Part shown: positions 35,523-49,263 of the stretch, one piece after another
How the letters are laid out: each line of letters starts with the position of its first letter
How positions within the stretch are numbered: position 1 is the stretch's first letter
NCBI GenBank assembly: GCA_003614675.1
Contig: ML002213.1
Coordinates: forward strand, 1 to 64,000
Origin: Dimargaris cristalligena
Taxonomy: Eukaryota
DNA length: 64,000 nt
Direction of reading: 5' to 3'
The notes under the pieces: model-generated
The model's input: the letters and a program-made list of their open reading frames with translations, nothing else
Told to the model about the DNA's origin: nothing
Database searches by the model: none
Translations under genes and position numbers: made by a program

Positions 35523-37228
35523 GGGGACGATGGTGGGGCAAGGGTGAATGGAATGGACGAAAGATGGACTATGATAAGACTCAGGCGGTTAATAAAGTCG
35601 CGTGTCGGAACAAACACCTCAGAGTTAGGGTGAAAAGGATAGCGAAGCAAAGAGGGGGGGAGGGGAAACTAAGGAATCTACCTCAAAATGGCAGCGACGA
35701 AAAGATATACGGAAATATCAGGATAAAAGGAATAGGTGAGGAAACAAAAGGTGGATTGGATGTAGTGAATGCGGTGTCTGTCTGTCAGGCTGGCTAGCTA
35801 GCTAGCTGTATGCGCATAGTAGGAAGAAAGGCACAACGATCAGGTAAGAAGCCGGGGGGGGCATTATGGGAGGAGGCTCTCTATAGAACACGGAACCAAT
35901 ACGGATTGGTGTGGGTGTGGTGGTGGTAAGTCCTTGGGATGAATGCCTGACTGGCTACTAAGTAAGAGGCTACTATTATGTGGGGGTGATATAGTGTGCC
36001 AATAGCGCCTTCCTTCGACAGACTTAATAAGCCAACCGGAGCACAAAGCAGCCAGCTAGAATAGTTAATATAAAAGACCCTTCCTTTCTTTTCTCCAGGA
36101 TTCAGCCGACTGCTCCCAAGTTCATCGCAGTGGGAGGAGGAGGTGTAGGGGAGATCTCCGATACAGAGAGGGAGGAGCGATAAAGCAAAGGATTTCAGTT
36201 CCACCACCGTTTAAACAGAAGTTTGGAGAGCTGTAATGGGAAGGTAGCGGGGGCATATGTAAATTATTGGGGGAAGGGAGCCAGCCCGAAGACTTCACAG
36301 TCTGCATATTTCCTTCTCCCCAATTCATCACAGCCGATTCAAGCCTTCAGCCTCCGTCTAATAGAACCTAGAACATGTCCCCCTCTACTCACCTTTACAT
36401 CCTAGCTTTCCTTAATTCCCTCTGATACATCTCCAAGACGGAAGCTGGGTTACTAGAGGCAGGATTTTAGTTGGCAATAAGGCAGGTAGTTTAATATAAA
36501 ATTGGAATTACAAAGTGCATTTCATCTCAAGTAATACTGCTCCCACATCCCGTTAGCCACCCCAGCGCCACCGCGTTCTCTCCTTCTCCCGCTCTCTCTT
36601 TAAATTATACGTACGACTTAGTTCGATGTAACAATTGAAGAAACCCACTCGACCCAAAGCATCCCTACGAAACAGTGACGCTTGAGCGCAATGCAACATT
36701 ACATCACCCCATTCCCATTCGTAGTGTGCCATTGGGTTGAATAAAATGGACCAAGATTCTCCCACAAGACATGTTTACAAGCGCAGTCACCCAGCCAGGA
36801 GTGGGTGATATTAGTAATAGCCCCCCACTAAAGTGTGGAAATATGTAGAAATACTATGCGGACTAGTGTAAGTAGATGAATGGTTCATTAAAATTCAGAA
36901 GGAAAGCGGGCCGAAACCCACAAGACATACAATACAGACGAGTTTAAGAGAATAAGAAAAAAGAAAGGGCCACTCACAACCAAAATACGTCCCAAAATGA
37001 GTCCTTGGATAAAGTTGGTGAAATGGGTTCAAAAGTAAAGTGGATTGACAGAGGTTGGGCCAGTGCTTGGTATGAACAAAGAGAACCAAACCGCACTGGT
37101 GGAACTATATTAAATAATGGTGATATGTGTATATATATGATTGGGGGCCTAGCGAACAGTGCATCGGAGAACCTCCAGTACAACCAAGAAATTGCAGACG
37201 GAAAGGCCCATGTAATGGCCTAGTGAGC

Positions 37229-40009
37229 TCAAATGCCACCATTATCGCATACCGTGGAACGGATATCCTCTAAAATAGACTGGCACAGACTGGCCGATTC
37301 AGTAAGTAGGGTAATGGCCGGGTTCATCGACTTAGTCCGCGAATAAACCTTTAAGTTCACGTCCTCCACGTCTAGCTGGCAGAGTAAATCAAAGAACAGT
37401 TCACTTGATTTGAGGGGGATCACCGTGTCCTGATAATTATAGGGTAAACGCAAAATTGGTATGTGGATAAAAACAGACAATCGTATTGGAAAATAAAATA
37501 TTGTTAGAGGGTAGACTATTATGGAGATGTGCCAGGTTCTGGCGTGAATAGTTTGGTTTGCTTCCAATAATAGAGAACAAAGCATCCATCCACAATAGCT
37601 ATAAACCCGTAGATGATATTTCTTCACGATATATTTTGAAGGAGTACAATGCGAAGACAAGATCTGCACCACCAAAATCAGCTTACCTTTTCACCATGAA
37701 TTAGCAAAATTCGTTTAGGGAATGTAGACTGTGACAGCGCAGTGTTGGCCTGATGGCACATATTGGCTAAAAGCACTGAGGGTGAAAATAAGTCCGACGA
37801 ACAACTCCCAACGAGTCGGGTGGTAGCCGAAATCTCATCAATCCCCCGCTGTTTTTCGTACCGATGCTGATCATCGATATCATAGACCCCCGCCATCAGA
37901 ATGAGGCCCGCGATCTCAAAGGGCTGGTCGGACTGGGGGGCGTGGATAAGGGGGCTATTTTCACGCGCGAGACTCGTATATTTTTGAACCAGCTGGGCGA
38001 ACTGCTGACGAACACGGGCATTGGAAAGTAGAGCCGAAGAACCCCCCGCTCCACTGGAGGTAGAGGACGGGGAGGTGGGATCGGTCGAAAAAGGGGAGGA
38101 GGCAGTACCACCGCTCCCTCCTGTCGTGGACCACGGGATGCGAGTTCGGAGGCTGTCGGGGATATGGGCCAAAATATCGATCCCCCCGCCCCCATGGCCA
38201 TTGCTACTACTAGCCGGAGGAGTGCATTCGCCGGGTGACCCTGGTTCACTTGGGTTCAGCGCCATAATCCCCAATGGTTGGGGCGTCTTACAGGTTGCGA
38301 GAGTCCAGATGGTTGCGGCCATGGTGCAAATATGGGCACCTGCCCCGTGGCCCATTAGGAAAATATTCGATGGATCGCCACCGTAGCGGGGGGCGTGGCG
38401 GACCAACCAGGTTAGACATTGGAGAGTATCGTCGATGGCATCCGCAATGGTGGCCGATGGGGGCCGGCGCAGTTCCGGGAGAATGACGAGATAGCCCTGT
38501 TTGCGAAGGGTATGGGCCATGGGAACATATACTTTACGCTGAGTTGAGCACCACGTTTTGCCATATATGAAACATATGACCGGCGCGTGCCCCAGGCCAG
38601 GGCCGGCGGAGCGGTCCGATGAGATACTTTGCCCACTGGCACTGCGGTGAAGAACATGCATATCATCCGGCACTAAGTGGATATTGGTGGTTGTTGATTC
38701 GGATGGACTGGCAGCGGTAGAGGTGGAGGGTACGGCATGGGTCCCACGCAGAGGGGTTTCGGGACCTGCTAATTCAGGCATATATACGTCTAGTATCTGC
38801 TGGGGGTGCGCCTGGCCATAACGTACGTTCCGAATCACTACTTCAGGAGGAGTCCGCCGAGCAAAGACCTTTTCGATGATCCAGCGCAAAACAATGGGGA
38901 ATGGACCACTGAATAGGTCGGAGAGGTTCTCCAGCGCGGCGTAGCTCATTTTAAGGACCCGGATGGGATTCCATGGCAGTGCTAGTGGTTGGAAGCCCTT
39001 AGAACTCGTGAGTAATCCTAAATTAAGAAGCGGGGTTTAGAGTTATCACACACGTCAGTCAGACGCTTGTTTAGACCGACTTTTTAAAGAGTAGACGGGT
39101 GTAGAGAATCGCGGGTGTAGGCCCGACGGGTGGGAATGTGTAAAAGGCTGTTTAATTTTGGGCCACCTCCTCACTACTCCAACGGGCCTGGACTCGGTCC
39201 AACGATGAGAGTGGTAAGGAATCCAGTTCTACAGCTCCAAAGACCAAGCTTGTTCTAGTTCCTAACCCAATACGACAACGTGCTAGGGGCTTACCTAATT
39301 TCCAATACATGTACCATGCGAAGAGGTAGGATGCGCCTACAGTACAAACGAGAAAGTGGATTTTGGGGTAAGTATCGATCACAAGTGAAACAAATATCAC
39401 CCATACATAGACACCGGGTTAGTAATGTTCTGGTTCGGGTTGGAAGTGGGTGGGGTAAACAGATAACAAATACCCGCGTGTAAACGTAATATAAATCGGG
39501 GCAGCTGACTGTGGGAGACAAGGTATCTTATACTCTATAATACTTGCAGACAAAGGCAGTCGGATTAACAATAGAAGCCCGCACCCTATTTACCCAATAT
39601 TCATCAGAGACCTGCAAGCAAGGCCCGGTGATTATACCTCTCCGGGTCGGGGAGTACGCTGGCCCCCACTGCACGGGGTAGATGGTTGATTACACATAAC
39701 ACTAAGAATGCACCATCTCTAGAGTAACGAAGCCAAAGTTGCGCCTAGTCTCTGTTAACAATTAGGGAAGTGGGCTGGGAGTACGGCTCGATGATTTACA
39801 AATAAGGGGCAATTACCTAATATAGGGAAACTGAAGGGCAGGAGCAATACGCCGAAAAACAGATAACAGGACCAGCGAATGGCAGTTTTGGCGGTTGACC
39901 ATAGCGTTGCGATAAGGCAACGGGCTTCCGGAATGGGATTGTTAAGGTTCGTTCCCCAAAGCGTACTGGAGAGCGAGCTGACTCGCTCCTGGTCATCGGC
40001 GTAGTCCAT
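37229..40009 (-). CDS. Membrane-anchored alpha/beta-hydrolase-fold protein (isoprenylcysteine methylesterase/BD-FAE-like), probably catalytically inactive, about 588 aa, 4 exons
   Basis: Exons 40009-39817, 39336-39295, 39017-37687, 37429-37229, phases consistent. Motifs RNVRYG..QILDVY.P, PVICFIYG, YGGDPSNIFLMGHGAGAHI, LMAGVYDI, LLIHGEK|DTVIP. Hydrophobic N-terminal segment. Confidence 0.82.
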
Positions 40010-42215
40010 GGTTAATACAAGAGGCCTAGGGTAAGAAGATATCGTTTGGGGGACGAGTCGGCGAAGAGAAGAGCCTAAAGAACTTTGGCAATGGGTTTAC
40101 AAAAACAAACTATACACCAAGGCTGGTCTAGCCCAGTTAGTACAAATGGTAGTGTAAAGGGGGAATAAAAAGAATGTCTTGCGGAGCATACCACAGGGAG
40201 GTGGTGGGTACGTTCTTGGTAGGGGTGGTGGTCTTTCCGAAGAAGCGCAGAATAATGGGTCTCCCACTTCTAAAAAGGGAGATTTAAGGGGCAGGGGAAA
40301 GGGTACTAACCCAAGTGACGGCGGGGAAGTGACCAGTGGTTTACAAAAACTCAGTGAGGCCGGAGAAACCTAGTATTGGGTGTGTCTATCAGTAGAAAAG
40401 CCGGGGGTTGGGGAGTGATACGAGGCAAAAGGAGGAATGAAGTCACTCGGAATGGGCTGGTTGAATGGAGAAAGAGCGGGCGGGAATGGGTGAGGGGGTC
40501 TAGAAAAGCGAGCCAGCAACGGTTGCAGTGGGAGAGAGGTAGTGGCGCCCTCGGCGGTTAAGCACGGGGCGGGCAAAAAAGATATGGCGAATAGTTTCAA
40601 CGCTGACAATGACTGACTGACTGACGGACAGGTTGTGCTGACCAAGAAATAAACGAAGAGGGGAGGGGGGGATATTAGGAATGGGCCCATATAGGTAGGC
40701 CAATAATAAACAAGAGGGTTAGGGAGAGAGTTGTAAACCACTTAAACGTGTGAGGCGGGAAAATAATCAAGGGTTGCCAAATAGGGTACTGGAATATTAA
40801 GGCGGTGGGTAACAGTCATCAGGCACAGCCGAATTTTGGGGAAGGAGGGAGGGAAAAGGATGGTGTGGTTGTGAGAGTTTACAGTGGGTTAAAGACTAAC
40901 GTCGAAGTGAATCGCGGTGGGCTGTTGTTGACTTGGACGAGCATTCGGTGGAGGGAAGGCGGGAATCTGAACCGTCGGCAAATGGGCCAGAAAGTAGACT
41001 AGGTGGTTCTCGATAATGGCGCAAAGGAGGCACCCCGCTTCCAGTCGATTAGCCGAGTGTAAGTTCTGGGCGACTTCAGTAGCGCCGAGACTGGCAGGAC
41101 GGGGGTTAAATTGATAAAAGCACGGTTAGTTATAGACTAGGAGATAAAACAACTATTGCTACTGTTTTAATCAGAACGTATACACTGTCTAGTAGGGTAA
41201 GGGAGAGGGGAATAAGATACACATCGTATAGGGCGGGAAGGGCTGGGTTTATATGTACCGACGGACATGGGAGAAGAGGCGATGCTACCTTAATGCACTT
41301 CTCCAATTGCACGCATTTGGCAGCGAGTGTCTTGTTTTGTATATGCGCATAGAGAGTCACCTCCTCCTTCCTACCTTGCTATACAAGTAGCCCTTACCCA
41401 CCCCCACCTTATCACGGGAACGAGCTGTGGGGAGGGGTTAGAAATCGCTGGTTACACGATACATGACTATGCGTTGGAAAGCACGGTGATGAGCCGTCGG
41501 ACTGACTGCGAAGCCAACTAGATAGAAGTGTTTGGACTAAACAGCTGAATCTTCCTCCTATATTTCAAGGATAATTAATACAATTCCTTCCCTTCCCACC
41601 CCACTGCGTGGCAGGAGTTGGTTTAAGGCCATGATTTAATATTCCTTTGTATTCAGGGAATAGTATTCGTTTATTGGCGTAGGAGGCCGGGTGAATAAGA
41701 GTGGAATGAGGCGAGGGGCGCCGTACATTTCACCATTGTTGCTCTTTTATACAAGCCAAAGTGACTACTGGGCAAGGCATATTGGATATTGGATTTACGT
41801 GGTGTGGGAGGAGGGGCCTATCTGGCGTATAGGGTGGGGCCCATCCAGGGCAACAGGGCCCATTAAATCAATCTGCCTCAAGCCCGACAGTATTGGGCGG
41901 GGCCAAGGCACTCCTTAGCTTGAGTGGGTCATTCGGCGAGTCTCGCTCATCCTGTTTGGGACCAGCTAAACTTGTCGCCCAAAACATATATCGCTCACTC
42001 CTTCAATTGACCAGGCCCACATTGGTTTCTCATCAACAGCATACTATACTGTTATATTCTACTTTTCCAGCCCTCGCCCAGTTTGCACCGCGTTGCATTC
42101 CATTTCTACCCAGCTTCATCTCCAAGTCCCTACTTCGCCCTTCTTTCTCCAGTCCCCCCCTATCACCCCACTTTGCCTCACCCAACCGCCGCTCCAATCA
42201 CACTGCCTCTTTAAC

Positions 42216-44722
42216 ATGGACAAGGGACCCTCCAAGACCGAGACCCAGGACATTTTCAAAAAGCTGCAATCCAAGCGGGAAAACAAGGTAGGCGTCACAC
42301 TCTTGAACCCTCAACCGGCTCGATATTGCCGAACTTTCAGCCAACTCTCACCGCAGCCCTTAGTTGAGTACCTGAGTCTTCCAATCCATCCAATGCAATC
42401 ATCCGGTTTACTAATGCCCCTCTTGTGCTTACTCCCAATACGGTGCATCCGCTCCACCAATAGCTTTGCTTCGATTGCCAGGCCAAAAACCCGACTTGGT
42501 CCAGCGTCACCTATGGCGTGTACATTTGTCTAGACTGCTCATCGGTCCACCGCAATATGGGTGTTCATATTACGTTTGTACGGTAAGTTATCAAGCCGTC
42601 GCCACTCATTGATTAATAACACCTCTGCCAGAGTCCTCTCTATGAATGTTCCATCCTGCCCATTATCTATTCCCCAATGTCGAAGTCTCATTTGTCATTG
42701 GCATTTATATAATTACGTGGCACTCATCATCCTTTCTTGACACCCCCTAATTGTAATATGTTAAATCAATCGCATTTACCAGATCGACCAACCTGGACTC
42801 ATGGTCCTGGGACCAGTTACGTATCATGAAAGTGGGCGGAAACGCCAATATGGCCGAATTCTTCCGGCAGCACGGCGGCCTTTCGAAATTTAAGGACGCG
42901 AAAGCCAAATACACTAGCCGTACAGCCGCCCAATACAAGGAGAAACTAAACCGGTTAGCTCAAGCCGATGCCAAACTGTAAGTTCCTGTGCACTCAGATC
43001 GGTTTACCATGGGATGTGGTAGTGGTTAGACTGAGCCCCCAAAACCACGCCTCCCCTTCAGATGCACATATAATCTGTTGGATGTAAATTGTTGGCATCC
43101 AAAAAAATAACCCATACTTACCCAGCTATAATGATTTTAAAATGTATCCCTATTTAACCGTCCTGTAGCTACCCCAACCAGGTGGTGGTCGGAACTGATG
43201 CCCCACTCATTCAAGCGGAACCCACCGACGATGACTTCTTTTCGTCCTTCCAGGCGACTAAGCCCAGCCCAACCGCCACAGCCCCCCCAGTGGCCCCTCG
43301 TTCAGGGTCGGCATCGGCATCGGGATCCGTGTCAGGCAGCCCTTTGGTGGACCTGGATGATCCCCCCCAGTCTACTCCCATCGCCAGTCCCCGCGTACCG
43401 AGCGCCGTACCTTCCCGGACCACCGCCCGGAGTATGACATCGTCACTCAAGGGCAAATCGGGTTCCGGCATGCAGGCCAAAAAAGGGCTAGGGGGTGCCA
43501 AAAAATTCGGCACCAAACTGAAATCACCCATCAATTTCGACGAGGCCGAAAAAATGGCCGAAGCGTCTAGGGCGGAGGAGGCGCTAGCGCCCATGGTCCC
43601 GGGCTCCTTCGCCAGCCTGGACGACACCTCCCCGGCACCGGGGTCGCCCACGCGTGCGAGCCACCATACTGCGTCCTTTACTCCGGCTTCGGCCTCCTCC
43701 CGCCTGGCGTACCAGGGTGCCTCGGCCCCCGGCACCAAGGGTGGTGCGGCTGGAGATGACCAGAATACGGATATAGACCGACTGGGGATGGGTTTCGGAC
43801 GCATGGGCTTCGGCTCTGTCTCGTCCGCCGGCGGTTCCGGGTCCTCGAACTCCCGTCTAGGCATGGCAGCGGGAGCAGGAGCGGGGTCGATGAAAAACCA
43901 AAATGCTTCCACTAGCCGGTCAACTCGTTCTGCGGCCCCCTCGTCCACCGACGATACCACCTCAGTCGCTCAGGACCGGTTCGGATCGGCCAAGGCCATT
44001 TCCTCGGACCAGTACTTCGGTCGCAATGAACCCGCCGATTCCGCTAACCAAACCCGTCTCGGGCAATTCAGTAACTCGACCAGCATTAGTAGCGCCCAGT
44101 ATTTCGGTCGGGACGAAGATACCGAACGGGCCCTGCGTTCGGATAACGTCGATATGAGCCTGAATTTGGATCTGAACCAACTCGGCAGTGCGGCTAGTGA
44201 TGCCGCCCAGCGGCTGCTAAACCATACCGGAACCGACTTGGATTCCCTGTCGAGTGCTCTGCAGACGGGGTCAAATAAGGTAAATTAAGCGAGCAAGCAA
44301 ATAAACGGGCTTGGGTCGGACATTTCCGACCACAAATTATTTTATTTACCTTTCCCCTTCCTGTGTCTCTAATATATTTATCCATCTCTATTCTCACTCT
44401 CCTTCAATTTGGTCTGTACACTTGAACTCCCCCCCTCCATCACCACACACGGCGAACCTAAACCCTTAGCTCTCCAACTACCTTCGCGATCTTCAGGTAT
44501 GTCTAATATTCGGACCCAATTCTATATCGGTACTTGGGTGTATTATGTTATTTTGCACACCTTAACAGCTTTCTTATCTGTTAACGGGTTTACCGGATCA
44601 CGCTGTGACATTTCGGCATAAGTACCTGTGGCCATTGACTGAGCAGTATTTTTCACCTTATCTATATTATATATGTATATGTGTATCATGTTTTTCACAA
44701 CCCTCAGGACCGGTACGCATAA
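42216..44722 (+). CDS. GLO3: ADP-ribosylation factor GTPase-activating protein, Glo3/ArfGAP2-3 type, about 512 aa, 6 exons
   Basis: Exons 42216-42287, 42464-42582, 42783-42977, 43169-44279, 44470-44496, 44708-44722. Zinc finger [44 protein letters not shown], plus tandem Glo3 motifs [10 protein letters not shown] and [10 protein letters not shown]. Confidence 0.93.
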
Positions 44723-45610
44723 ATTGCGATATAGGAAAGAGACTGGGCCATTTACCTGGCAAAAATTCGGACCACATAGCAGCGAGTCTTCTCCCGTCTA
44801 TTTGTCGACTTTCACAAGCCATACTTCTACTTAGATTCGGAAATATGCCAAGCTCCTGTACCCTTATTTTCTATATCTATTTTCTTTTTCTTTAAGCATT
44901 CCGCAGATTTGCCTTGGGTGGTATTCTATAAAATACCCTCAGGGAACTATCTATTCTTAACCAAATAAGGAAAGGGACAGATTAGATACCAAAGGTGACC
45001 GAATCTCGGCCTTACAATTTAGTCGTCGGCGGTAGGCCCAGATATTTATATTTCCTAACCGTTGGATGGTGGAAGTCTTGGTCTAATCACTTCTTATAGG
45101 CCCCTATGTATATCCGGAATCAAAATGAAATGTTACGGCTCCATACTGTCCATCAAATATCATTTATAAACTATTATTACTTCGCCCCTAGGTATATGTT
45201 GGCTTTGGTGATAAATAATCAATCGCCTAAATGGCATCGTTTGCTTCTGGTTTATTTGGAATCATAGCCACCTTAGTTAATGGCCATACTATTAGATATC
45301 TGACTGACCATGAAACCCATGAGGCTTTGGGTCTTTAAAAAAATATAATTTGATATAGTTTCCTCACCAGGATTAGTACTTTAGTAAATAGAGCAACATG
45401 TTAGTTACGGTTTAAGTCCGTATAGTAAAACCAGCGCTGTGGCACTTAATGTACGCGCAATTAGCTTGACGCATAACAACAGACAAGGGGGGAAGGAGAA
45501 GGATTCAGCTCAAGCTGTTTCTCGCTCGATGCAAATGGGCGAAGAAGTCGGGCATTCGCCCATGTGCCGGGGTTGACTTGGGCCTATGTGATGCGGATGG
45601 TAATCCTTTA

Positions 45611-47748
45611 TCATTTTAATAATTGGAGGCGGTATTCCCAGTATTTTTTCCGCGTGGGGTCGAGTTCGTTGGCCAGGTGAGTACATAGCTGTGCAAAGGG
45701 AGTTCAAGGGAGATTGTGCCATATTGCCAATTCATTTAGTACAAAAGGAATATTTTGACCTGTGGTAAACCAATTAAATATCAAGAGGAAAGTCAACCTG
45801 TCCCTTAAAATAAATTTGTGGTCTAATTGAACATTCCCCGAATTAGCCTGTCAAAATAAATGGAGCGGGGGGGGGGAGTTACCTTAACAACTTCGGGCTT
45901 TACAGATTCCGACTGTTCCTTGACACTGGATTTTAGGCGTTGGTCCAGACAATCAACCAAGAAGCCCCACAAGTGCCGGGATTCGCTGGCCGGGCCGGAT
46001 TCGGCTTGGAGCTGCCGGACTTGGGCCTCGGTCGATTTCCAGGTATTCGCATCGCCGAAGCGGGAAAGTAGGCTAGATTTCATAATTGTGACAGCAGGTA
46101 AACCCACAGAGAGTAGGGTATTCAATAGGATGGAAGGTTCGTAAAGACTCGGTGATGTGTTAGACAACAGCACTTAGATTACCTAGTAATAAGCCTACCT
46201 AGATAGGCCACATTGTTGATTGGCATAGTCTAATATATCTATAACTGGATAAAAAAACTTACCCGCGGCAGTATACCCAAGGACTCTCGTTATTCGGGGC
46301 TAGTCTAATCTTGGCCAAAGAGTAGTCAATTTCCCGCTGGAGAGTAGCGCCACTATCCGGAGTCACGGTATTGCCCCGGGTGACTACAAAATACCGCTGG
46401 TTCCAGGCCGAATTATTGCGCACATCCTGGTCCAGCATGAGTTCAATATAAGTGAGTTCACCCTCCCAAAGCTGGAAACGGGTGAGGATCCATTGGCTAG
46501 ACGGGTTAAAAAAGGGGGGTTTGTCGATTGGTATTATAGGAGTGGTAAAATAAAGGAATGCTAGGGCGTTTAATGTGGGTCTATGGAAGTAGTATGGGTA
46601 GGCCTAGTTTTCCGTTGGGTTGCGCTTTCCTTGGTGTACGAAGGAAGTAGAGCTCAGAAAAGGCAAAGAAAGTATATTTCGGCTACTTACCGATATGACC
46701 AGGCATGGAAGTTTTTGGAATCTTCCTGGAGGATCTTGGCAATGACCGCCATTTCACCCGATGGATCATCTAGCAGCTTAATGATTTCGCGGCGGTGATG
46801 CCTGAATGATAAAATTCCTATACGCAATATAAGTCAAGGGTTCGGTATAATGCTGAGGGGGTGGAGGGGTCTTTTGGAAGGTCAAGTGCTGCCCCGATTC
46901 TATGGTAGGCGTAGAGGAAATACCCCTGTATTAGGTTTATCAATGCCAATCCACAGGACTCGTCTTACCAAAGCTGATAGGTTTTAGGGTTTTCCTCGGC
47001 GAATTCGTCAAGGAAGGTGAGTTCGGTTCGAAGGTCCACATTCAGATGCTTAAGGATGTCAAGTCGATAGGCCCTAATAAATATATATATATAAAACAAG
47101 TTGTATCTTGAGGTGATTAGTAATATTTTGAATATTGAGTATGCCGTTTATAAATACTATTAAATACCAGCCAGGTAAATTATTGTGGGTTAAGCTGAAT
47201 TTGTTGTTTTAGAAGCCAAACAATGATGGATAGTGCTAACTTACCAAGCAGTGTAGTGGCCCGGATTGATCCAGATGATTTCTTCGGTCAGCTGCAGAGC
47301 CCGGGGGCTCAGCTCCTTTTGGCGAGATATGGCCCGGAAGTAGTCCATTACCTCTGAATCTGAAGGGCCATCCCGGTTACATTGTTCAACAGAATAGACA
47401 TACCATATGTAATTATGAAGTTTGTTGACGATAAACCTTGGCTAACTCCTAGTCGGGGTCGACTTCGCTGAGACGCCAAATTAGCGGAAGTTGAATTCGT
47501 TTACACTATTGCTATTCAAAATATAGTGGGTGGAGCAGTCTTTTGAGGAAGTACTCCTAGGCCTGTTGTCCAGATAAATGAGAGTTGGGGTGTTTGCGCC
47601 TTGGCTAGGTGGCAGGGGGGGGGGACTTACATTCTTTGGTATAGGAGATAGGGGCGATGGGGTGAAGGCCATCGTCCTGGGGAATGGGAGTCACGTCCTT
47701 CCATTCGGCACGCTGGGACAGCGGTAGGTCATCGGACTCGAACTGCAT
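45611..47748 (-). CDS. RAM2: Protein farnesyltransferase/geranylgeranyltransferase-I alpha subunit, about 316 aa, 7 exons
   Basis: Exons 47748-47631, 47359-47245, 47073-46969, 46801-46691, 46496-46263, 46072-45883, 45688-45611. [19 protein letters not shown]...VMDYFRAI and PPTA repeats [52 protein letters not shown], ending [11 protein letters not shown]. Confidence 0.93.
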
Positions 47749-48371
47749 TGCGCTGGGAGAGAGGGGAGTGGGGGGTGGTGTTTAATCGGGCTGAAAGGGA
47801 AATAATAAACCTCGACAAGCTATAGTCCAAGTAATTGTAACGTGCACAGAACAATGCGAAAAATATAGCTATGAGTCAAAGTGAAGGAATTATCCGAAAC
47901 AAGCTGTAAGTGAGGGCGAAGAAAGGACCTTTATATTGGGTTAACCTGGAGTTTATACTAAAGAACGTCACTCTATACCAGAGAGTGGGGTAAGGAGCCG
48001 GCCCATTTCCCGCTGGTTCAGTTCCACCGAAGCAGTCCTTTCATTCACTCGCCCGCCACATTGGTCGGCTCCATGTCCTTAATCCCCTTCTACTGGATTC
48101 ACAGGCCTCCCGGGTTGGCATTTAGGAAGGGTTGGACAATTGCTGGATACAGCTGCCTCCATGCCTCTATTATTCGTCCTCAATTTTATGATGCAGACTT
48201 TTGGGCATTTATATATCTAACTAAATCTATTCAAACTCTTCCTACACTTATTTATGGGTACTAATAGGGCTCTCATTACATATTCACAACTAGCAACTCC
48301 GATTACTTGTATTATTGGTACTATTATTGTAATTAAAATGGCAAACCATACTGGGTGGTGGAAGAATTCGA

Positions 48372-48659
48372 CTAGGTGGGTTTGTTCTTATTATCCAGCA
48401 ACATTGATTCGATTTGTTTTATCCGTTCGGGGCTAAGCGATTGCCAGCTCTCTAGCCACTCGATGTTCTTTTGGCCACGCTCGATGAGCCGTTTTATCCG
48501 ATCGGGCGAATCTACCATGCGGTACATGTTGATACCGTCGCGGAAATTATAAAGAGTTTTTTCCCGCAGTATCTCGACGGGGAAGGTGCGAACGGCCCGA
48601 ATGGCACGGCGGTAAAAGGCGAATACGGCCGCGGGGTCTACTATTTGACCGGCGGACAT
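48372..48659 (-). CDS. LYR-motif (Complex1_LYR-like) mitochondrial protein, 95 aa
   Basis: VFAFYRRAIRAVRTFP...LYNFRDGINMYRMVDSPDRIKRLIERG fits the LYR-family three-helix pattern, with FYR in place of LYR. Confidence 0.7.
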   Translation of the reverse strand: MSAGQIVDPAAVFAFYRRAIRAVRTFPVEILREKTLYNFRDGINMYRMVDSPDRIKRLIERGQKNIEWLESWQSLSPERIKQIESMLLDNKNKPT

Positions 48660-49263
48660 GGTTGTTTTGCGAGCTGGAGGCGGTGGGGAATGAGCGAGAC
48701 GAGGGGGAAGAGGGGGCGGCGATACCAACTTGGCTTGCGTGTATTAGACTGCGAATATCACCCAGTATGCAGGTTAAGGTCTGGGCCGAAAGACGTATTC
48801 TAGGTTCAAGTCGATTCTTCAAGGGACTTGGTTGGTATGGTGAATTTATAAATGAAGCAATGGTTTAGTAGAGGGTGGTAACTTATTTTAAAGGAATGAA
48901 TATGGAAATGGAAATAAGGGAATGCTTGAGATCTACTCGCAGTCCTTCAGGTGGTCTCACTTTAGTCCAGCGATGAAGCTCTCTCTGGTACAATAGTAGT
49001 AGTCTGAATCTGTTGCTATTATAGTCTTACTAGACCAGTTGTGTGGACGTGTATGGAAAAGGGTACTACGGCTGTGTCGTGGAATCTCGAAAGAGCAAGA
49101 GAGACGCTTCCTCAGCTGGTTGGGTGTGTCTGTCTGATCAATCCTCGCCGTACTTAGTCCCTAGCACTGGTCTTTTTGCATTCTTACCATTCTCTCCGTT
49201 TGTCGATTCCCCCTCGTTGGATTGCCCCCCTCCTCTAATCGCGTATACTACTACTATTTCACC

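Noticed and set aside
37229-47748. Apparent prenylation cluster (ICME-like gene near RAM2)
   Set aside because: The genes are separated by GLO3, the hydrolase looks inactive and its substrate is unknown, so proximity alone is not evidence.
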